Source: Adineta vaga (lineage: Eukaryota; Animalia; Rotifera). Taken from it: a stretch of DNA of 64,000 nt. Both the position numbers and the translations under genes were made by a program. Shown piece by piece: positions 53,589 to 64,000 of the stretch; the first letter of the stretch is position 1, and each line of letters starts with the position of its first letter. The stretch is taken from contig CP075495.1 in NCBI GenBank assembly GCA_021613535.1, positions 13,392,001 through 13,456,000 on the forward strand, given 5' to 3'. The notes under the pieces are model-generated. The model ran no database searches, was not told where the DNA came from, and was given only the letters and a program-made list of their open reading frames with translations.

Positions 53589-56500
53589 TTACCATTCATC
53601 GGAAAGTACATTTCGAATACGAATCACGTCTGACCACATATTATCTCTCATTGACCATAGAGCTTCATGTACATTATTATAAAGACCGGGACTACCATTC
53701 AAAAGCCAATTGGATGGTAATGTTCGCGATGCATTATTTCCATTACTTGTATTTGATGTATTGTTTATTGAAGCTTTCAATTGTTTTGGCCAATCAGATA
53801 TAAATTGATTATCAGGTTTTAAATTTTCAATATATCTATATATATATATGTACATGACAACTATACAATTGCATATGCTCAATGTTACCTTAAATAAGCT
53901 TCAGAATGAACAAGTCGTTGTGTTCGTGGTGGACATGTGACAATTGCAGCTGCCGGTGGTTTTTGTATTGTTTGAATATTTCCATTCATTTGATGAACAT
54001 CTAGAAAATATTCTTTCATCAATGAAATTTTAATATCATGTAATACAAACTTTGTATGTTAGGATTGGTTTGATAATGTCCATTAATTGTAACAGTACCA
54101 TTCACAATTCGTTGTGGATTAATAACTGGCATATTATGTGTATCAAAATTCGTTGACGAAGTATTATTATTTGTTACTGGTGTTGGTGGCGTACTAACAA
54201 CCTGCTATAAAGAAGCATATATATAAATGTTATCTTTTTTTTTCTGTCATTTGTTGCCTATTTACCTCTTGTTCTCTTGCTCGTTCACGCGCTTTCTCTT
54301 CATATATATCACGTTCACTTGCGGTCAATCGTCGCCACTGAAACAAGAAGAAGAAAAGAAAACAATATAAATAAAGGGATTAGTGAATGTTTTTTCTTTG
54401 CAAATACCTGATCACCAATCATACGACTCATTTCACCAAATGGAATACCCGGATTATCTTTAATCAGACGTTTTCGTGATTCACTTGCGAATACAAGATA
54501 TCCACAAGGAGCACGCGCGGATGATCCACGCCGATTGCTTTTCTGTAATAAGAAAAATCAATAAACGAATATCTATAGAAAGATCATTCACTTACTCGAC
54601 TAGTATTGTTTCGATTTGGAGTTGTTGATGAATTCGTATTAATAGTCGTATTAGTATTAATTGTACTACTGTTGGCCGTTTCTGAGTTCAAATGATTCGA
54701 TTGATGCTCGTCACCATCGACGTTACTGGCATGATTGCTATTGGTTTGATCATCCACGTCCATAAACGAGCCATCTTCGACCAATTTGAACGGGCCACCA
54801 GGAGTTTCCTGAATGATTCAAGGTTTTCATTTAGAATACAGTCGTTTGTTGGGCAAATCTTAGACAAATTTCGTTCGTTCCCTTGCTTTCTTTTTTTCTC
54901 CTTTACTAATGCATTGGTTGAATACTGTTCTTTTTTTGCTTGTCAATCTTAAGACTTGCTGTGTATATACTAGTATCATTCTCACTCAGTTTTGCCATGT
55001 GAACCCTGAATCAAGGAGTAGTATGAGAAACAAGAAAGAAGAAAAAGTGAAGGAAAAAAGAAAACAAGGGCGAAACGAACGACGAATGAAAAAGGACAAT
55101 AACGCATCCCATTGCGTCCAGTGCGCACACATACACACGCACGCGTCGTGCGCATTACCTTTGGTTTTATCTCCAGAATGCTGATTTTTCAAAACAAACG
55201 ACGAACGGACGGAAGCCGTCGTCGACAGTTCTGTTCTGTTGCGCGCGCGTTCGGATCCCGCTTCACACACGCACGATAATATCTATACGTTGACTCGAAC
55301 GACAATAATTATGTCGACAAGCAGTAACAACGTCGGCACCACTGTATTCTTGTCGATATAACCAGTAACAGGACGAAGAAAAAGAAGAAAAGTTAACTTT
55401 GTATTGCTCTTCTCTTTTCTATATGTTCACATTTGCCCGTCGTGTTATTTTTTTTCAGTAAACGACAACGTCGAAAGGAAACAGAATAAGCGGCGATGCA
55501 CACACGTTCGCCCTATTTTGTTATTCGAGCTCGAGCGCGAGCAAAGCGCGCATACATACATATAGAAGCGAGAAAGGCGAAAAAGAAAAGAAACGAAGAG
55601 AAAAGAAAGAAGAAAAAGAAAGATGTAGGCACGGACGTCGAGTAACGATTATTAACGAGAACAAATCGATAGAAGTGCGTTCGCTATGCATAGTTATGTT
55701 TTTTCTATATATCGAGAAAGGGAAAAAGAAGAAGAAGAAGAGAAAAAAAGGAAAGAGGAAAATGAAGCAAAGAGAAAAAATGGCAATGTTCATTACTTGT
55801 CGAAGCAACAGTTCTTTACGAAAAGTCCAGATTTCATCGGCGAATGCTTTTATCGATAATGACGTTCTCTAGATAGTAAAAAAAGAAGGAGAAGACAGAT
55901 ATTAGATTGATAGAATTCTGTATATCTTTACTTTCAATCCTTTTGTCAGAGATCGAAGACTATGATCATCACTAGTGTATTTTGCTTCACATACATAAAC
56001 ATCCGCTTCAGGAATTTCAGTTAAACGACCTAGAATTAATAGATTATTTTTTTGTTAATTTAAAAATTTAAAAATGTAACAAATGACTTACAAGTACGAT
56101 AAAATTTTAACGGAAGTACGGAACATTTTCCTTTGATATTTTTAACTAAAATTTCTTTATTGAAACCATCGCACTTGAAAACTTCTTGAACATAAGAAGA
56201 TTTAGTTGTAATAATTAATTGATTTCGATTAATTATATCATATGGTCGAATAAAAACTGGTCCATTGATAATATATGAGCTGAAGAGAAAAACGGAAATT
56301 GAAATTTCAATAAAAGAAAAAAGAAAAAGAATAGGAAATGAAGTTTCATATATGAACCAGAAATAAACAATCAATTGTCGATGACGTTTATCAATTCAGA
56401 AAAACAAAAGATAGATCTTATTAAAATCTAAGAAAATCGAGCTAATTTATATAGTTATGTCATTAATATTTGAGTGTATATTCAATAGATAATTATCTTA

Positions 56501-59500
56501 GAAGGAGTTTTTCTTTTCTTTTTTTCTACGACATTTTGATGCTTTATCAAATTCATGAGATTGAAAGTGTGAGAAAATATTTTCAAGGTCTTTTTTGTAT
56601 AGAACATTTTTTTTTGTTATATAATAAATAAACTTTTATTGGCTTCAATTGGTAATAAAGACAAGAAGTTAAATGTTTCTATAGTAACAAAAGGAGAAAA
56701 AAATTGTGATTGTTGAAATAAAATCACCGTTGGCAGAGTAGAAATTTTCTTATTAAATTCAAAATGCCTCTTAAATCTAATCTCTAATACTAGATATTAT
56801 GCATAAAGCGTTGCTCTTATAAAGAAATATTATAATTATCTCACATAAATGGAAAACTTGTAAGTTCAATCTACGTCATTTTTAATAATCATTCCTCTAC
56901 CATATGGAATCTAATAAACGTCAGAGAAAAGTAACCATTATGGGAGAAAGAAGTATTTTATTAATTATTAACAAGCATTTTTTTGCTCTACTGGTTTTAT
57001 TGCAAAAAACAAACAAAATACCATTAATTTCTCTTAAATTATCAAGAGATGCTAAATTGATCGCTAAGGAAAAATAACGACAGAAAAGCGAAAATTGTGA
57101 ATTTTTTCATTGATTGTTAAAAATATCGATTTCTAATAAAATACTAATGTTATCAAGCAAAATTCCAATGTCAATATTATCGTATAGACAAAATACATAT
57201 CAGCTATTGTTTAGTATATTCTCACTACCTTTTGGTTATAGGAAAACGCATCATAAAACTCCTAATCATTTGCTTACTTATTATTCTGCCAAATTTTTTC
57301 GATTCGTAAAATGGATGTTTTATTTGATTGATTGTTAGCATCATCATTTTCTTGAAAATAGACATAATCTCCAATTTTATAAAAACAATTTGATGAAATA
57401 ACAATTTGTTCATAAAATTGTTTTCTTTCTTGTAAATTTTCATTTAATTTATCATTAATAACTGAATCATATGGAATGGTTTGTTTTACTTTTTCAATCA
57501 TTTCGATACTATTCGATTCATTATCATTTGTCAATTGTTGATCTAACAAATGATTATTAACTAATGGTAATGGTTCACGTACAGGTTCAAGTACTTTTTC
57601 TCTTGGAATTAATTTAACACGTGTATTTTCAGGTAAATTCCACCATTTGATTTTCTTAACACCTTTCGTTTTGATATTATAACGTGATTCACAAACATAA
57701 ATATCTTTGTCTATATCAAGAAATTTTAATGAACTATCCGTTTGATTTTCAATAATAGGTTGATATTTAAAATAATCTTTGATATGCAAAACATGACATA
57801 AACCTTGAATTTTATTCATTGATATATTTGCTATACTTTGAGTGAGAAAAACTTCTTGACGAAGAAATTTCTTTGTTGATATATGATAAGTTTCATGAGG
57901 ACGATAGAATTGTAAACCAGTAAAATAATCTTCATTATCTTGATGTTCAAATGATTCAATACAAAATATATTTGCTTCACTTTTTTCATCATTCGATTCA
58001 ATATAAACAAAATCACCAATATAATATGTTTTACCTTTGGATGATGAACTGTTTTCTGTCGGTAAAGATGTCTTCATAGACTAAAATAAAAGATAAGATT
58101 AGTTTAGATAATTAGAATTCTATTTCATAAATCTATTTGAACATCATTTTTTGATGTTAATCATCTTCTGAAAGTATGAAGTCAACATACAGAATCGTTT
58201 ATTTCATCATTGGATAATTTATTGGTTGATATACTGTTCTGATGACTATTAGTTAATGCATCTTGTTCTGATCGTTCACGAGTAAGTTCAACTTGTAAAC
58301 GATTTTCAGTAAATAAAAGTGCAGTTGATTGAAGTCGATTTCCATTTTCACATATTTTATCACGTATTTGAATATAAAATTTCTGTAATTGAATTGTATC
58401 TTGATAAATCTATATTAAAATTTCAAGAAAAATCATTTATCAAAAATCTAGATATCCGACATACTTGAGAATCACTACTACTCAATCGTCGAGCACGTTC
58501 AAATACACGAAATAAATCATCTTGGAAAACATCTAATCGATGATAACGTTTCTATGAAGATAAAAATAAAAACGAATGAATTTAAACAATCTCTCATTTG
58601 TTTATACCTGATTAAGATTTTGTTTAATCAAATCAAATGTATACACAATATCAAATCTAGTTGAAAGATAAATTAAGAATAGTCAACTAATGTTTAAGTT
58701 TTTGAAATGTACTTACGGTTCATTTTCAACAGGCTCATATAAATCAGTAAACGAATCGGTATAAAATCGTCCTTCTAAATCCTACAATGTCGAACCGTTT
58801 TATATATAAATAATGAAAATTAATCACAAACTTCAGCATTGAATGTTTGAACGAATAAGTTCCAAAGTAAATCTTGAACTAAATTTTGTACATTCATTTG
58901 TTTAGTATTAAGATATTTTCGTTTTTGATTGAGAAAAATATTTTGTAATGAAAGTGCATCCTAAGAAGAAAATTTCAATAAGAACAAATCATTGGTCTCG
59001 GAAATTTACTCGATAAATAGTAGAACCCGGTTCATTATATAAACATGCATTGTCAAACAATAACTGTAAATCATTCGATAATTCTTCAATAGATGAATAT
59101 TGACGTGATTCAATACGTTTAAGATCGATTGGTCGTTGAATAATTTCATAATAATCAGGATAATCAATTTTCGATGGTAATGTTAAAAATACAGTAGATA
59201 ATATTCGTCCATGTTGATCGGAATGTGTTTTTATAGTTTGAATTAAATTATTCAATGTTTTATGTGACGAAATATTCGAAGTTCTACGAAAGACAAATTG
59301 AAAAAGTTAAAGATTTTCATACAAAAATTGAAATACTTTTTTGGTGTGACATGATTAATTATACGATTAGCATTAAATTTTTCAAGAAATTTCTCTTTCT
59401 TTTTCATTAAAAACTTAAATTTATCGGCTAAAACACGTTCAAGTCGTAATGCATTTTGAAATATATAAGATTCATCAAGATTATAAATCTTTGCATTATT

Positions 59501-62010
59501 TAACATACGATTTAAATCATCAACAATATCTTGTTCACGTTTGTACTAAAGAGAAGAAAAAAAATTTTTTCAATGGAAAATCTATTGAAATAGTTTACTT
59601 GTCCTTTATCCATTTTATCTTTTATGATCACCATATCAATAGGATGTTCAATGGATTCATAATAATCTGGATATTCACTAGTAGATGGTAATTCTAGAAA
59701 TGGTGTTATTAAATCAATATCGTTTTCCTAACAGAACAGAAGAAACAATTGATTTGAGAAAAAAACTCAAAATGTCGCATGAATTTTACTTGGTATTCTC
59801 GAATATATGTATAGAGTGTATGAATATGTTGTTCAATGTATTTTTGAAGTTTTTTTGGTGGACGACCTCGATGAGACTGAATCGAAAATAGAATTGATGG
59901 AATTATAGAAGTAAAGAATGATAACTTACAATAGGTGAATGAAGATTAGTTGACTTGGAAAGTGACGTATGATTACGTGATGGTGAATGATTTAAAAATG
60001 ATTCTAATTGTTCTTCTTTTACAGAAATCTACACAAATTTAGAAGGATAAGAATTCTATTGTATAGATGGAATGGTTTTTCTTTAAAGAAATTTACCGGT
60101 GCAATATGTAAACGAACTTCTTTTAATCGTGGTTTATGTTCATCATATCCAAGCTCATTTGCTTTATGAATAGTTACATCCAACAGCTTTTTTGCGCTCT
60201 AAAATATTTCAAAAGAAAATCATATTTTATATACTTGTTGAACTTACATTATATATCAATGAACCTTCTTGATTATATTGCATCGCATTATTAAACATTA
60301 ATTTAAGATCATCGACAAGATCTGATATATAAGTATATTGTCCTTTCTAAAATTCAAAGAGAATTAGTTCATGTGTATGAATTGTGTTTTTCTTTTATAC
60401 TTTAATCTGATTTTTAATGGATGACATGGAAATAGGTCGTTTGATTTCTTCATAATAATCTTGATGAAATCGTTTTTTCGGTAATTTCATAAATGGATCA
60501 ATAAGACTTTGAGTACCGAGTTTAAAAGTTTTCACTGCATTATATAAAATTCGAAATGAATCTTCTTCACCATCTAATGAACTCGTATCTGAATCAGCTC
60601 CATCATCTTTTGATTTCATACGAACAATATCAGCATCATCTGGTTCTTCGGGATAATCAAGATTGGCAATTTCAGATGATAAAAGAATGTCACGTTTTCG
60701 TGTTCTTAATCGATCATTTTTTGTTGTTTTCAAAGCAGAATCAAGTTCATTTCGAACACTTATAATCATTTTTTTCAAGGCACCCGCATCCTAAATTATG
60801 AAAATATAAATCATTAACAACGAACTTTGCAATTCAACTTACTTTATATATTTGTGATTTTGGATCATTGTATTTTTTCGCATTAGTAACCATCAATACT
60901 AAATCATTTTCCATATCATCTAATGTTAAATATTGATTATTTTGTATTTTCATTGCAATAGTTTTTAAATCAATTGGATGTGTTACAACTAAATAATAGT
61001 CTGGATAAAGCTATAAGGAACAAAAAATAGAGACATTAAAATTGACTAAATAAATCGATATTACTTTTCGGGAAGGTAAAAATAGAAATATATCGGCCAT
61101 AGCACGTTGCTCGATATTTGCATTGTAAATAGCTGTAAAAAATTCTTCAAAATAGTATGGATCAATGGCAAGATTATTATTATTATTATTATTATTATTG
61201 GATTCAGTTTTTATATTTGAGGCACCATTGGATAACGTGTCATTTGATTGACGATATGGACGGCGTTTTTTTTCAATCAATTCTTCATTATCGATTACAT
61301 TATTCTAGTTGATAGAACGAACATTGAAGTGAAGTTAAAAAAATAATATAAAAATGTTAATTATACTTTTTTAAGTAGACGTTTCCGATTTGGTTGTTGT
61401 TCATCGTTTAATTTCGAGTAAAAATATTTCGATAAATCATTGGCATCACGCCATTCATTGGAATTTTTCTAATAGAAAAATAATATCATTAGCAAGCAAA
61501 GGAAAGCTCTTTTTAAAAGAACAATGAAACTATTTTAATTTACTCGATAGAATGTTTTTGCATTCGTAATAAGTAATTGTATATCATCAGTAAATTGTTC
61601 TAATGTTTGATATTCATCCGTACGAATTTTTTGTTGAATACGTATCAAATCAATGGGCTGTTTTATCGTAGTTAATACTCCCCATGTGTTCTATGAGAAG
61701 AAAGAATTATTTGTCAAAATATTACTATTGTAGAAAGATATAAACCTTTTGCTTGGTAAACGAATGAAATTTTCACAGATCATGCGACCATCTTCAGATT
61801 TGTAAGCACGTAGAGCGTCGTACAATTCTTGACATAAATTATTCTAAAAGTTTGAATTTAAAAAGGAATGTTTTTCTTTCGAACAAAATAGTTTTATATT
61901 ACAATTTCGCGATCTCCATTTGCTTTTCGGGTGCGCTTTGGTGCACTGTGATTACTTGTCGATTCAGTATCATCATCGCGATCACTGACACTGTGAACGC
62001 GTTTCGGCAT
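53589..62010 (-). CDS. PBRM1: Polybromo-1 (BAF180), PBAF subunit: six bromodomains, two BAH domains, HMG box
   Basis: Six bromodomain units traced across exons (e.g. 'YPDYYEIIQRPIDL...NACLYNEPGSTIY'), BAH1 in ORF 57274-58077, BAH2, HMG 'PCGYLVFASESRKRLIKDNPGIPFGEMSRMIGDQW', 'PPRTQRLVHSEAYL' and 'HEALWSMRDNM'. Confidence 0.95.
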
Positions 62011-64000
62011 CTATAATAAAACGAAGAGATACGGAATACAATTTACGTTGAATTTCTCTGCAAAAAATATTGTGCATATGTTTGAAATATATTTAAAACA
62101 AGGGAAACAAATAAGTAAACATTTGTTGAGCTATCCAAGGTTCTTCTTCTTCTCCTTCTTCGTTCTCGTCAAATGTTTGGCCAATTGGGATGAAGTTTTG
62201 AAGGAAAACGATAAAATGACATCTATCAACAAGAGAAAACTGATTGATGAAAATTTCATCTTTCTTTCTTTACTTTGAATCATTTCGTATCGTTCTATAA
62301 AAGTGGTAATTATTTCTATATGTACATAATCGAACTTAATGACCTTCAAAAATGATGTAGGCGCTTTTGTAATAGTAATTGGAAACGTCAATAAAAATCT
62401 GAATTTTTCACTATAATGTCATTATTTTAATACCATGAATATTGATACTTATCGATCAAGATATGTATAACGTTGATTATCTGTTTGTTTGATTTTACTC
62501 TGAAAATACAGACAGACGAACGAAAAGAATAAAAGCACAATAGTTTGTTTTCACGCACGTGTCTCCTTTGTTTTTCTTTTCCTCTACTATGTAAACTTAG
62601 AACAGAATACACATTCACACAAAATATCTTTCATATTATATAGAAAGGCGTATCGTCGAGATTCACATTTACAAATAACAGAATATGATTTTTAAACGAC
62701 TTTAAAAAAAAATACAATATAAAGAGAAAAAAACTAAAAAAGTCTAGTCTTTTAACAGGATTGTTGTTATGGATATAAGTGGCGTTCTATTTAAATAACC
62801 AAACAAGATCAAGCAGACATGGTTGTAAGCAATACTTGTGAACGTTGACACAGACACATTGACAATGTTTTCCTCGGTCTTGTTGTCTTGCCTATTTTTC
62901 CCTAGATTCGATCGCATATCTTGTGTCATGATCTGTAGTTGAACAGAAGAATTAGAAACTGAAATCTTTAACTTGAGAATGATACTCACTATATAAGCTC
63001 AATATGATCATAGTATTTGAGCTGTTTAGAAGAACTGAACATTCAAATTTGTTTTACTGTTCATAGTGGTCTCTTGTGTTTGTACGCAAGTTGTCTATGC
63101 TATTACATGTCATCCAATGGAAATAGTACTTGATCTGTCGTTTTATATCAATTCTCATAGCAAAATGAATTGGTTTTTTTGGATGTCTTTTATATGCTTA
63201 CAAGTTAGGTTCGACTTTTCCGATCAAAGTATCAGAAGAGACGTTTCAGGAAAAATTGTCATTAAATTCATTTCTTGTGTATAGATAAATGGAATCGTCT
63301 GATTATTCACTAACAGACATAAAGATAACATCATATGGTATATTTTGCAAGACGTATATCTTCAAAAGGATAAATTAAATCTCATCATATATTTTAATTT
63401 TAACAGCCATTTATTGCATTGTACAGAGATCAAAATTGATGTCTATAAAAATAAACATTGCATGCTGAACCGATCTGATTATGGAAATTTTAGTTCAGAG
63501 AGTAGGCAACGAAAAGATAAATAAACGAGACATTCGTCTGATTGTCCACACATCGTTCATATCTTAATTTATTAACTTAATTCATTGTAATAATAGTGAT
63601 AAATTACTTTTATTTGGTTTCGATGTAATACCGATATAGAAATCAACTGAACATAGAGCAGATTTCTTATGAACTCTTTTATTTACTTCTTTTCTTTCTT
63701 TTCCGTTTGGACATGTGCTTATCCCAATTTCACATATATACGCATCTTTGTAAAACAATAGACAGTGGCGACGTATATGTATATGTTAATTATCATTTGT
63801 TGTGGTAGTTTCAAATCGAATGATGACTCAGTAATCTCTTCTCTTCTATTGTATTGTAAGTAGAAATTCAGTTCAGTAATATTTATACAGCTTCTTTTTC
63901 CTAAAATAAATGACACAACGTTCTGCATCACAACTCTATTTTGATTTAATTCGTCTATTTAAACAATGGCCAATTGATAAATCAAAAACAGGTCGTGATC

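Noticed and set aside
61540-61850. PBRM1 bromodomain 1 lacking the acetyl-lysine Asn (NAKTFY)
   Set aside because: A Tyr at this position is, as I recall, also present in vertebrate PBRM1 BD1, so it is not novel.
62700-64000. Short ORFs upstream of PBRM1
   Set aside because: No recognisable domains or consistent splice structure; left unannotated.

Overview
Eukaryotic (metazoan) genomic DNA. It is AT-rich and gene-dense, with many short (~50-65 nt) GT-AG introns and microsatellites. This style is consistent with a bdelloid rotifer, but that is inference, not proven. No prokaryotic features, CRISPR arrays, rRNA/tRNA or intact transposons were recognised. Gene order: orphan class A GPCR (+); secernin (-); degenerate pyridine nucleotide-disulfide oxidoreductase (-); unknown helical protein (+); Pygopus (-), preceded by an interrupted RFxV-containing ORF; CRTC/TORC (+); TIPIN/Csm3 (-); a decayed coding-like stretch; a large supervillin-like gene (+, ~18 kb); secreted DNase I (+); a disordered SPxK/AT-hook-like repeat protein built from a recent 687-bp, four-exon tandem duplication (-); centlein (+); ZFAND2/AIRAP-like (-); a small, probably mitochondrial membrane protein (+); Polybromo/PBRM1 (-). 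The most notable items are the modular charged repeat protein (candidate H1/HMGA/Dsup-like chromatin protector), the apparently catalytically dead oxidoreductase with a frameshifted or intronised redox segment, and candidate stop-containing alternative exons in CRTC and PBRM1. All exon structures were inferred by eye.
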